A DNA stretch of 64,000 bases from the human T2T-CHM13v2.0 reference genome, Homo sapiens, in NCBI RefSeq assembly GCF_009914755.1, contig NC_060933.1; one strand, 5' to 3'. The notes beneath the pieces were generated by a model. The model was not told where the DNA came from, did no database searches, and was given only the letters and a program-made list of their open reading frames with translations. Made by a program: the position numbers and the translations under genes. Shown piece after piece: positions 1-12,689 of this stretch; within the stretch, counting starts at the first letter, position 1; each line of letters begins with the position of its first letter.

Positions 1-978
1 ATGGATTGGAATATAATGGAGTGTAAGTGAATTGAATAGAATCAATCTGAATGTAATGAAATGGAATGGAACGGAATGGAATGGAATGGAATGGAATGGA
101 ATGGAATGGAATGGAATGGAATTAACCGGAATAGAATGGAATGCAATGGAATGGAACGGAATGGAATGGAATGGAAGGTAATGGAATCAACACGAGTGCA
201 GCGGAATGGAATGGAAAGGAATGCAATGGAATGGAATCATCCGGAATGCAATGGAATGGAATGGAATGGAATGGAATGGAATGGAATGGAATCAACCCGA
301 GTGCAATGGAATGGAGTGGAATGGAATGGAATGGAATGGAACTATCCGAATGTAATGGAATGTAATGGAGAGTAAGGGAGTTGAATAGAATCAATCAGAT
401 TGTAATGGAATGGAACGGAATGGAATGGAATGGAATGGAATGGAATGGAATGCAATGGAATGGAATCAACCCGAGTACAATGGAACGGAATGGAATGGAA
501 TGTAGTGGAATGGAATGGAATGGAATGGAATGGAATCAACCCGAGTGCAATGGAATGGAGAGGAATGGAATGGAATGGAATGGAAACTACCCGAATGGAA
601 TGGAATGTAATGGAGCGTAAGGGAATTGAATAGAATCAATCCGAATGGAATGGAATGGAATGGAACGGAATGTAATGGAATGGAATGGAATGGAATCAAC
701 CCGAGTGCAGACGAATGGAATGGAATGGAATGCAATGGAAAGGAATCATCCGGAATGGAATGGAATGGAATGCAATGGAGTAGAATGGAATGGAATCAAC
801 CCGAGTGCAATGGAATGGAGTGAAATGGAATGGAATGGAATGGAAACAACCAGAATGGATTGGAATATAATGGAGTGTAAGGGAATTGAATAGAATCAAT
901 CTGAATGTAATGGAATGGAATGGAACGGAATGGAATGGAATGGAATGGAATGCAATGGAATGGAATGCAATGGAATGG

Positions 979-1130
979 AATCAACCCGAGTGCAATCGAA
1001 TGGAATCGAATGGAATGGAATGCAATGGAATGGATTCAACTTGAATGGAATGGAAAGAATGGAATCAACACGAGTGGAAGGGCATGGATTGGAATGCAAT
1101 GGAATGGAATCAACTCGAGTACATGGGAAT
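979..1130 (+). repeat. Example of the recurring pHuR98-like (chr9-type Sat III) module; more than 20 copies in the window
   Basis: Starts AATCAACCCGAGTGCAATCGAATGGAATCGAATGG, followed by GGATTCAACTTGAAT, GGAAAGAAT, CAACACGAGT and GGCATGGATT. Similarity to the chr9 Sat III probe/primer sequence is from memory, not from an alignment. Confidence 0.6.
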
Positions 1131-2980
1131 GGAACGGAATGGAATGCAATGGAATGGAATCATCCGTAATGGAATGGAAAGGAATGAAATGGAATGGAAT
1201 GGAATGGAATGGATTGGAATGGAATGGAATCAACATGATTGCAATCGAATGGAATGGAATGGAATTAACCCTAATAGAATGGAATGGAATGGAATGGAAC
1301 GGAACGGAATGGAATGGAATGGAATGGAATGGAATGGAACGGAACGGAAGGGAATGGAATGGAATGGAATGGAATGGAATGGAATGGAATGGAATGGAAT
1401 CAACGCGAGTGCAGGGGAATGGCATGGAATGGAATACAATGGAATGGAATCTTCCAGAATGGAATGGAATGGAATGGAATGGAATGGAATGAAATGCAAT
1501 GGATTCAACACGATTGCAATGGAATGGAATAGAATGGAATGGAATGGAATGGAATGGGATTAACCCGAATAGAATGGAATGGAATGGAATGGAACGGAAT
1601 GGAACGGAATGGAATGGAATGGAATGGAATGGAATGGAATGGAATGGTATGGAATGGAATGGAATGGTACGGAATAGAATGGAATGGAACGAATTTTAAT
1701 GGAATGGAATTGAATGGAATGGAATGGAATCAACGCGAGTGCAGGGGAATGTAATGGAATGGAATTGAATGGAATGGAATGGAATGGAATGGAATCAACG
1801 CGAGTGCAGGGGAATGTAATGGAACGGAATGCAATGGAATGGAATCATCCGGAATGGAATGGAATGGAATGGAATGGAATGGAATCAACCCGAGTGCAAT
1901 GGAATGGAGTGGAATGGAATGGAATGGAATGGAACAACCCGAATGGAATGGAATGTAATGGAGAGTAAGGGAGTTGAATAGAATCAATCCGAATGTAATG
2001 GAATGCAATGCAACGGAATGGAATGGAATGGAATGGAATGGAATGGAATGGAATGGAATGGAATGCAAAGGAATGGAATCAACCCGAGTGGAATGGCATG
2101 GAATGGAATGCAATGGATTGGAATGGAATGGAATCAACTCGAGTGGAAAGGAATGGAATGGAATGGAAAGGAATGGAATGAAGTCAACTCGAGTGGAATG
2201 GAATGGAATGGAATGGATTGGAATGGATTGCAATGGAATGAAATGGAATGGAATGGAATGGAATCAATCATGGAAGGGAATGTAATGGAGTGGAAAGAAG
2301 GGAATGGAATCAACCCGAGTGGAATGCAAGGCAATGGAATGGAATGGAAAGGAATGGAATGGAATCAACTCGATTGCAATGGAATGGAATGGAATGGAAT
2401 GGAATGGAATGGAATGGAATGGAATTAACCGGAATAGAATGGAATGGAATGGAAAGGAACGGAATGGAATGGAATGGAAGGGAATGGAATCAACACGAGT
2501 GCAGGGGAATGGAATGGAATGGAATGCAATGGAATGGAATCATCCGGAATGGAATGGAATGGAATGGAATCAACTCCACTGCAATGGAATGGAATGGAAT
2601 GGAATGGAATAAAATGGAATGGAATTAACCCGAATAGAATGGAATGCAATAGAATGGAATGCAACGGAACCGTATGGAGTGGAATGGAATGGAATGGAAT
2701 CAACCCGAGTACAGGGGAATGGAATGGAATGGAATGCAATGGAATGGAGTCATCCGTAGTGGAATGGAAAGGAATGGAATGGAATGGAATGGAATGGAAT
2801 GGAATGGAATCAACTCAATGGCAATCGAATGGAATGGAATGGAATTAACCCGAATAGAATGGAATGGAATGGAAAGGAACGGAATGGAATGGAATGGAAC
2901 GGAACGGAATGGAATGGAATGGAATGGAATGGAATCAACGCGAGTGCAAGGGAATGGAATGGAATGGAATGCAATGGAAT

Positions 2981-2995
2981 GGAATCTTCCGGAAT
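2981..2995 (+). promoter_or_regulatory. Perfect 3-unit heat-shock element nGAAn-nTTCn-nGAAn (GGAATCTTCCGGAAT); representative copy
   Basis: Exact match to the HSE consensus. Other + copies at 1446, 5363 and 6191 (AGAAT variant) and 8391. Binding is not shown by the sequence. Confidence 0.6.
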
Positions 2996-5294
2996 GGAAT
3001 GGAATGGAATGAAAGGCAATGGATTCAACTCGATTGCAATGGAATGGAATAGAATGGAATGGAATGGAATGGAATTTAATGGAATTGAATGGAATGGAAT
3101 GCCTTCAAACCGAATGGAATGGAAAGAATGGAATCAACACTAGTGGAAACGAATGGAATGGAAAGGAATGGAATGGAATGGAATGGTACGGAATAGAACG
3201 GAATGGAACGAACTGGAATGGAATGGAATGGAATGGAATGGAATGGAATGGAATGGAATCGTTCCGAGTGGAATAGGAGGGAATGTATTCGAGTGGAATG
3301 GAAAGGAATGGAATCAACCAGAGTGGAATGGAAGGGAATGGAATGGAATGGAAACTAATATAATGGAATCAACCCGAGTGGAATGGAATGGAAAGGACTG
3401 GAATGGAATGGAATGGAATGGAATGGCATGGAATCAACTCGATTGTAATGGAATGGAATGGAATGGAATGGAATGGAATGGAATTAACCCGAATACAATG
3501 GAATGGAATGGAATGGAACGGAATGGAGTGGAATGGAATGGAATCAACCCGAGTGCATGGGAATGGAATGGAAAGGAATGCAATGGAATGGAATCATCCG
3601 GAATGGAATGGAATGGAATGGAATGCAAAGCAATGGAATCAACTCGATTGCAATTGAATGGAATGGAATGGAAAGGAATAGAATGGAATCAACCCGAGTG
3701 TAATGGAATGGAAAGGACTGGAAAGGAGTGGAATGGAATGGAATGGAATGGAATGGAATGGAATCAACTCGATTGGAATGGAATGGAATGGAATGGAATG
3801 GAATGGAATTAACCCGAATAGAATGGAATGGAATGGAATGGAACGGAATGGAATGGAATGGAATGGAATCAACCCGACTGCAGGGGAATGGAATGAAATG
3901 GAATGGAATGGAATGGAATCATCCGGAACGGAATGGAATGGAATGGAATGGAATCAACTCGATTGCAATGGAATGGAATGGAATGGAATGGAATAAAATG
4001 GAATGGAATGGAATTAACCGGAATAGAATGGAATGGAATGGAATGGAACGGAATGGAATGGAATGGAATGGAATGGAATTTAATGGAATGGAATGGAATC
4101 AACCCGAGTGCAGGGGAATGGAATGGAATGGAATGCAATGGAATGGAATCATCCGGAATGGAATGGAATGGAATGGAATGCAATCAACCTGATGCAATGG
4201 AATGGAGTGGAATGGAATGGAATGGAATGGAAACATCCCGAATGTAATGGAATGTAATGGAGTGTAAGGGAATTGAATAGAATCAATCCGAATGTAATGG
4301 AATGGAATGGAATGAAATGGAAAGGAATGGAATGGAATGGAATGGAATCAACCCGAGTGCAATGGAATGGATACGAATGGAATGGAATGGAATGGAATGG
4401 ATTCAACAAGAGTGGAATGGAAAGGAATGGAATCAACCCGAGTGTAATGGCATGGAATGGAACGGAATGGAATGGGATGGAATGGAATGGTACGGAATAG
4501 AATGGAATGGAATGATATGGAATGGAATGGAATGGAATGGAATGGAATGGAATGAACCCGAGTGCAATGGAATGGAATGGAATGGAATGGAATGGATTCA
4601 ACTCGAATGGAATCAACTCGATTGCAATGGAATGGAATGGAATTGAAAGGAATAGAATGGAATCAACCCGAGTGGAATGGAATGGAAAGGACTGGAATGG
4701 AGTGGAATGGAATGGAATGGAATTAACCCGAATAGAATGAAATGGAACGGAATGGAATAGAATGGAATGGAATGGAATGGAATGGAATCAACCCGAGTGC
4801 AGGGGAATGGAATGGAATGGAATGCAATGGAATGAAATCATCCGGAATGGAATGGAATGGAATGGAATGGAATGGAATGGAATCAACTCGATTTCAATGG
4901 AATGGAATGGAATAGAATGGAATGGAATTAACACGAAAGAATGGAATGGAATGGAATGGAATGGAATGGAAAAGAAAGGAAAGGAAAGGAATGGAATGGA
5001 ATCAACCCAAGTGCAGGGGAATGGAATGCAATGGAATTCAATGGAATGGAATCATCCGGAATGGAATGGAATGGAATGGAATGGAATGGAATGGAATGGA
5101 ATGGAATCAACCCGAGTGCAATGGAATGGAGAGGAATGGAATGGAATGGAATGGAAACTACACGAATGGAATGGAATGTAATGGAGTGTAAGGGAATTGA
5201 ATAGAATGAATCCGAATGGAATGGAATGGAATGGAATGGAATGGAATGGAAAGGAATGGAATGGAATAGAATGGAATGGAATGGAATGGAATGG

Positions 5295-6599
5295 AATGGA
5301 ACGGAATGGAATGGAATCAACGCGAGTGCAGGGGAATGGAATGGAATGGAATGCAATGGAATGGAATCTTCCAGAATGGAATGGAATGGAATGGAATGGA
5401 ATGGAATGGAATGGAATGGAATGGAATGGAATAAACCCGAGTGCAATGGAATGGAGTGGAATGGAATGGAATGGAATGGAACAACTCGAATGGAATGGAA
5501 TGTAATGGAGAGTAAGGGAGTTGAATAGAATCAATCCGAATGTAATGGAATGGAATGGAACGGAATGGAATTGAATGGAATGGAATGGAATGCAATGGAA
5601 TGGAATGGAATTAACCCGAATAGAATGGAATGGAATGGAATGGAACGGAATGGAACGGAATGGAATGGAATGGAATGGAATGGAATGGTATGGAATGGAA
5701 TGGAATGGTACGGAATAGAATGGAATGGAACGAATTGTAATGGAATGGAATTGAATGGAATGGAATGGAATGGAATGCAATGCATTCAACTTGAATGGAA
5801 TGGAAAGAATGAAATCAACACGAGTGGAATGGCATGGATTGGAATGGAATGGAATGGAATCAACCCGAGTACAGGGGAATGGAATGGAATGGAATGCAAT
5901 GGAATGGAATCATCCGTAATGGAATGGAAATGAATGGAATGGAATGGAGTAGAATGGAATGGAATCAACTCGCTTGCAATCGAATGGAATGGAAAGGAAT
6001 TAACCAGAATAGAATGGAATGGAATGGAATGGAACGGAAAGGAACGGAATGGAATGGATTGGAATGGAATGGAATGGAATGGAATGGAATGGAAAGGAAT
6101 GGAATGGAATGGAATGGAATTGAATGGAACGGAATGGAATGGAATCAACGCGAGTGCAGGGGAATGGAATGGAATGGAATGCAATGGAATGGAATCTTCC
6201 AGAATGGAATGGAATGGAATGGAATGGAATGGAATGGAATGGAATGGAATGGAATAAACCCGAGTGCAATGGAATGGAGTGGAATGGAATGGAATGGAAT
6301 GGAACAACTCGAATGGAATGGAATGTAATGGAGAGTAAGGGAGTTGAATAGAATCAATCCGAATGTAATGGAATGGAATGGAACGGAATGGAATTGAATG
6401 GAATGGAATGGAATGCAATGGAATGGAATGGAATTAACCCGAATAGAATGGAATGGAATGGAATGGAACGGAATGGAACGGAATGGAATGGAATGGAATG
6501 GAATGGAATGGTATGGAATGGAATGGAATGGTACGGAATAGAATGGAATGGAACGAATTGTAATGGAATGGAATTGAATGGAATGGAATGGAATGGAAT
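5295..6599 (+). repeat. ~480-bp direct repeat at 823-bp offset (~5295-5776 and ~6125-6599)
   Basis: Both copies carry CTTCCAGAAT, GGAATAAACCCGAGT and GGAACAACTCGAAT. ORFs 5550 and 6373 begin with identical sequence. Confidence 0.8.
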
Positions 6600-9240
6600 G
6601 GAATCAACGCGAGTGCAGGGGAATGTAATGGAACGGAATGCAATGGAATGGAATCATCCGGAATGGAATGGAATGGAATGGAATGGAATGGAATCAACCC
6701 GAGTGCAATGGAATGGAGTGGAATGGAATGGAAAGGATTGGAACAACCCGAATGGAATGGAATGTAATGAAGAGTAACGGAGTTGAAAAGAATCAATCCG
6801 AATGTAATGGAATGGAATGGAACGGAATGGAATGGAATGCAATGGAATGGAATGGAATGGAACAACCCGAATGGAATGGAATGTAATGGAGAGTAAGGGA
6901 GTTGAATAGAATCAATCCGAATGTAATGGAATGGAATGCAACGGAATGGAATGGAATGGAATGGAATGGAATGGATTGGAATGGAATGGAATGGAATGGA
7001 ATGCAATGGAATGCAATCAACCCGACTACAAGGGAATGGAATGGAATGGAATGGAATAGAATGGAATGGAATGGAATGGAATGGAATGGAATGAAATCAA
7101 CTCGATTTCAATGGAATGGAATGGAATAGAATGGAATGGAATTAACACGAATAGAATGGAATGGAATGGAATGGAATGGAACAGAAAGGAATGGAATGGA
7201 ATGGAATCAACCCAAGTGCAGGGGAATGGAATGGAATGGAATTCAATGGAATGGAATCATCCGGAATGGAATGGAATGGAATGGAATGGAATGGAGTGGA
7301 ATGGAATGGAATCAACCCGTGTGCAATGGAATGTAGAGGAATGGAATGGAATGGAATGGAATGGAAACTACCCGAATGGAATGGAATGTAATGGAGTGTA
7401 AGGGAATTGATTAGAATGAATCCGAATGGAATGGAATGGAATAGAAAGGAATGGAATGGAATGGAATGGAATGGAATAGAATGGAATGCAATGCCATGGA
7501 ATCAACCCGAGTGAAATCGAATGGAATCGAATGGAATGGAATGCAATGGAATGGATTCAACTTGAATGGAATGGAAAGAATGGAATCAACACGAGTGGAA
7601 TGGCATGGATTGGAATGGAATGGAATGGAATCAACCCGAGTACAGGGGAATGGAATGGAATGGAATGCAATGGAATGGAATCATCCGTAATGGAATGGAA
7701 AGGCATGGAATGGAATGGAATGGAATGCAGTGGAATGGAATGGAATCAACTCGATCGCAATCGAATGGAATGGAATGGAATTAACCCGAATAGAATGGAA
7801 TGGAATGGAATGGAACGGAAAGGAACGGAATGGAATGGAATGGAATGGAATGGAATGGAATGGAATGGAACGGAAAGGAATGGAATGGAATGGAATGGAA
7901 TGGAATGGAATGGAATGGAATCAACGCGAGTGCAGGGGAATGGAATGGAATGGAATGCAATGGAATGTAATCTTGCGGAATGGAATTGAATGGAATGGAA
8001 TCAACCCGAGTGCAATGGAATGGAGTGGAATGGAATGGAATGGAATGGAACAACCCGAATAGAATGGAATGTAATGGAGAGTAAGGGAGTTGAATAGAAT
8101 CAATCCGAATGTAATGGAATGGAATGGAACGGAATGGAATTGAATGTAATGGAATGCAATGGAATGGAATGGAATCAACTCGATTGCAATCGAATGGAAT
8201 GGAATGGAATTAACCGAAATAGAATGGAAAGGAATGGAATGGAACGGAACGGAATGGAATGGAATGGAATGGAATGGAATGGAAAGGAACGGAACAGAAC
8301 GGAACGGAATGGAATTGAACGGAATGGAATGGAATGGAATGGAATCAATGCGAGTGCAGGGGAATGGAATGGAATGGAATGCAATGGAATGGAATCTTCC
8401 GGAATGGAATGGAATGGAATGGAATGGAATGAAATGCAATGGATTCAACTCGATTGCAATGGAATGGAATAGAATGGAATGGAAAGGAATGGAATGGAAT
8501 TAACCCGAATAGAATGGAATGGAATGGAATGGAACGGAATGGAACGGAATGGAATGGAATGGAATGGAATGGAATGGAATGGAATGGAATGGAATTGTAT
8601 GGAATGGAATGGAATGGTACGGAATAGAATGGAATGGAACGAATTGTAATGGAATGGAATTGAATGGAATGGAATGGAATGGAATGGAATCAACGCGAGT
8701 GCAGGGGAATGTAATGGAACGGAATGCAATGGAATGGAATCATCCGGAATGGAATGGAATGGAATGGAATGGAATGGAATGGAATGGAATCAACCCGAGT
8801 GCAATGGAATGGAATGGAATGGAATGGAATGGAATGAAACAACCCGAATGGAATGGAATGTAATGGAGAGTAAGGGAGTTGAATAGAATCAATCCGAATG
8901 TAATGGAATGGAATGCAACGGAATGGAATGGAATGGAATGGAATGGAATGGAATGCAATGGAATGGAATCAACCAGAGTACAATGGAATGGAATGGAATG
9001 GAATCGAATGGAATGGAATGGAATGGAATGGAATTGAATGGAATGGAATGCCTTCAAACCAAATGGAATGGAAAGGAACGGAATCAACACGAGTGGAATG
9101 GAATGGAATGGAAAGTAATGGAATGGAATGGAATGGTACGGAATAGAATGGAATGGAACGAAATGGAATGGAATGGAATGAAATGGAATGGAATGGAATG
9201 GAATGGAATCGTTCCGAGTAGAATAGGAGGGAATGTATTC

Positions 9241-9759
9241 GAGTGGAATGGAAAGGAATGGAATCAACCAGAGTGGAATGGAAGGGAATGGAATGGAATG
9301 GAAACTAATAGAATGGAATCAACCCGAGTGGAATGGAATGGAAAGGACTGGAATGGAATGGAATGGAATGGAATGGAATGGAATGGAATCAACTCGATTG
9401 TAATGGAATGGAATGGAATGGAATGGAATGGAATGGAATTAACCCGAATACAATGGAATAGAATGGAATGGAACGGAATGGAAAGAAGGGAATGGAATCA
9501 ACCCGAGTTGATTGCATTGCTTTGCGTTCCGTTCCATTACATTCCTTTTCATTGTATTCGGGTTAATTCCATTGCATTCCATTCCATTCCTTTCCATTCC
9601 ATTACAATGGAGTTGATTCCATTCCATTCCATTCCATTCCATTCCATTCCAGTCCTTTCCATTCCATTCCACTCGGGTTGATTCCATTCTATTAGTTTCC
9701 ATTCCATTCCATTCCCTTCCATTCCACTCTGGTTGATTCCATTCCTTTCCATTCCACTC
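9241..9759. repeat. Imperfect inverted repeat flanking the breakpoint (arms ~9241-9479 and ~9526-9759, 46-bp spacer)
   Basis: Left arm motif order: CAACCAGAGT, GGAAGG, GGAAACTAATAG, CAACCCGAGT, GGAAAGGACT, CAACTCGATTGTAAT, TAACCCGAATACAAT. The right arm has the same motifs reverse-complemented in mirror order: ATTGTATTCGGGTTA, ATTACAATGGAGTTG, AGTCCTTTCC, ACTCGGGTTG, CTATTAGTTTCC, CCTTCC, ACTCTGGTTG. Confidence 0.85.
9496..9513. other. Inversion (strand-switch) breakpoint within the satellite; 18-bp quasi-palindrome AATCAACCCGAGTTGATT
   Basis: The sequence changes from GGAAT to ATTCC repeats here. CGAGT (9504-9508) is shared by the forward CAACCCGAGT and the reverse AATCGAGTTGATT motif. The 18-mer is self-complementary except for the 9503/9506 pair. 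Confidence 0.93.
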
Positions 9760-10503
9760 CATTCCATTCCATTCCGTTCCGTGCCATTCCATTCCATTCC
9801 ATTCCATTCCATTCCATTCCGTTCCGTTTTATTCCATTTCATTCCATTCTATTTGGGTTAATTCCATTCCATTCCATTCGATTGCAATCCTGTTGATTCC
9901 ATTCCATTCCATTCCATTCCATTCCATTCCATTCCTTTCCATTCCATTACGGATGATTCCATTCCATTGCATTCCATTCCATTCCATTCCCCTGTACTCG
10001 GGTTGATTCCATTCCATTGCATTCCAATCCATGCCCTTCCACTCGTGTTGATTCCATTCTTTCCATTCCATTCAAGTTGAATCCATTCCATTGCATTCCA
10101 TTCCATTCGATTCCATTCGATTGCACTCGGGTTGATTCCATTCCATTGCATTCCATTCCATTCCATTCCATTCCATTACATTCGGATTGATTCTATTCAA
10201 TTCCCTTACACTCCATTACATTCCATTCCATTCGGGTAGTTTCCATTCCATTCCATTCCATTCCTCTCCATTCCATTGCACTCGGGTTGATTCCATTCCA
10301 TTGCATTCCATTCCATTCCATTCAATTCCATTCCGTTCCATTCCATTCCATTACATTCGGATTGATTCTATTCAACTCCCTTACTCTCCATTACATTCCA
10401 TTCCATTCGGGCTCTTCCATTCCATTCCATTCCATTCCACTCCATTCCATTGCACTCGGGTTTATTCCATTCCATTCCATTCCATTCCATTCCATTCCAT
10501 TCC

Positions 10504-10518
10504 ATTCCGGAAGATTCC
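10504..10518 (-). promoter_or_regulatory. Perfect 3-unit heat-shock element (ATTCCGGAAGATTCC); representative of about 30 copies in the inverted block
   Basis: Reverse complement of GGAATCTTCCGGAAT. It recurs at ~12341, 14552, 15876, 16579, 17252, 17681, 18081, 20014, 20702, 21345, 21779 and onward to ~63743. Confidence 0.6.
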
Positions 10519-12689
10519 ATTCCATTGCATTCCATTCCATTCCATTCCCCTGCACTCGCGTTGATTCCATTCCATTCCATTCCATTCCATTCCATTCCAT
10601 TCCATTCCATTCCTTTCCGTTCCATTCCATTCCATTCCATTCCATTCCATTCCATTCCATTCCGTTCCGTTCCTTTCCGTTCCATTCCATTCCATTGCAT
10701 TCAATTCGGGTTAATTCCATTCCATTCCATTCGATTGCAATCGAGTTGATTCCATTCCATTCCATTCCATTCCATTAAATTCCATTCCATTCCATTCCAT
10801 TACGGATGATTCCATTCCGTTGCATTCCATTCCATTCCATTCCCCTGTACTCGGGTTCATTCCATTCCATTCCATTCCAATCCATGCCATTCCACTCGTG
10901 TTGATTCCATTGTTTCCATTCCATTCAAGTTGAATCCATTCCATTGCATTCCATTCCATTCCACTCCCCTGCAGTCGGGTTGATTCCATTCCATTCCTTT
11001 CCATTCCATTCCATTCCATTCCATTCCGTTCCGTTCCGTTCCATTGATTCCATTCCATTCTATTCGGGTTAATTCCATTCCATTCCATTCCATTCCATTC
11101 CATTCCAATCGAGTTTATTCCATTCCATCCCATTCCATTCCATTCCATTCCACTCCATTTCAGTCCTTTCCATTCCATTCCACTCGGGTTGATTCCAATG
11201 TATTGCTTTCCATTCCATTCCATTCCATTGCAATCGAGTTGATTCCATTGCTTTGCATTCCATTCCATTCCATTCCATTCCGGATGATTCCATTCCATTG
11301 CGTTCCATTCCATTCCATTCCCCTGCACTCGGGTTGATTCCATTCCATTCCACTCCATTCCGTTCCATTCCATTCCATTCCATTGTATTCGGGTTAATTC
11401 CATTCCATTCCAGTCCATTCCATTCCATTCCATTCCTTTCCATTCCATTACAATCGAGTTGAATCCATTCCATTCCATTCCATTCCAGTCCTTTCCATTC
11501 CATTCCACTCGGGTTGATTCCATTCTATTAGTTTCCATTCCATTCCATTCCCTTGCATTCCACTCTGGTTGATTCCATTCCTTTCCATTCCACTCGAATA
11601 AATTCCCTTCTATTCCACTCGCAACGATTCCATTCCATTCCATTCCATTCCATTCCATTTCGATCCATTCCATTCTATTCCGTATCATTCCATTCCATTC
11701 CATTCCATTCCATTCCATTCCATTCCACTCGTGTTGATTCCATTCCTTTCCATTCCATTCGGTTTGAAGGCATTCCATTCCATTCCATTCCATTCCATTC
11801 CATTCCATTCCATTGTACTCTGGTTGATTGCATTCCATTGCATTCCATTCCATTCCATTCCGTTGCATTCCATTCCATTACATTCGGATTGATTCTATTC
11901 AACTCAATTACATTCCATTACATTCCATTCCATTCGGGTTGTTCCATTCCATTCCATTCCATTCCACTCCATTCCATTGCACTCGGGTTGATTCCATTCC
12001 ATTCCATTCCATTCCATTCCATTCCATTCCGGATGATTCCATTCCATTGCATTCCGTTCCATTACATTCCCCTGCACTCGCGTTGATTCCATTCCATTCC
12101 ATTCAATTCCATTAAATTACAATTCGTTACATTCCATTCTATTCCGTACCATTCCATTCCATTCCATACCATTCCATTCCATTCCATTCCATTCCATTCC
12201 GTTCCATTCCGTTCCATTGCATTCCATTCCATTCTATTCGGGTTCATTCTATGCCATTCCATTCCGTTCCATTCTATTCCATTCCATTGCAATCGAGTTG
12301 AATCCATTGCGTTTCATTCCATTCCATTCCATTCCATTCCATTCCGGAAGATTCCATTCCATTGCATTCCATTCCATTCCATTCCCCTGCACTCGCGTTG
12401 ATTCCATTCCATTCCATTCCATTCCATTCCATTCCGTTCCGTTCCATTCCATTCCATTGCATTCCATTCCATTCCATTCCATTCCGTTCCTTTCCATTCC
12501 ATTCCATTCCATTCTATTCGGGTTAATTCCATTCCATTCCATTCGATTACAATCGAGTTGATTCCATTCCATTGCATTCCATTCCATTCGATTCCATTCG
12601 ATTGCACTCGGGTTGATTCCATTCCATTGCATTCAATTCCATTCCATTCCATTCCATTCCATTCCATTCCGTTCCATTCCTTTCCATTA

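Larger units (their letters stand above)
1..9508 (+). repeat. Human Satellite 3 (HSat3/Sat III) array, G-rich (GGAAT)n strand on +
   Basis: Continuous GGAAT pentamers with interspersed CAACCCGAGT, CAACTCGATT, CAACGCGAGT, TAACCCGAAT, CATCC and CTTCC variants. This is the classical Satellite III signature CAACCCGA(G/A)T(GGAAT)n. No unique sequence. Confidence 0.97.

Noticed and set aside
381-396. Possible DUX4 site in TTGAATAGAATCAATC
   Set aside because: The 11-mer ending in AATCA is GAATAGAATCA, which does not fit the TAA/TGA-initiated DUX4 consensus.
4228-4238. TonEBP/NFAT5-like TGGAAACATCC
   Set aside because: It fits TGGAAANNYNY but occurs in only a few copies and is expected by chance in a GGAA-rich sequence.
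1-9508. G-quadruplex potential of the G-rich strand
   Set aside because: The G-runs are almost all GG, with isolated GGG/GGGG, so there are no canonical four-G3-tract motifs. GA-mismatch hairpins and i-motifs known for this pentamer are generic to Sat III and not specific to this window.
8908-9807. Chimeric ORFs switching from MEWNG to IPFHS (8908-9681 +, 9439-9807 -)
   Set aside because: They simply read through the inversion junction. Useful as a marker only.
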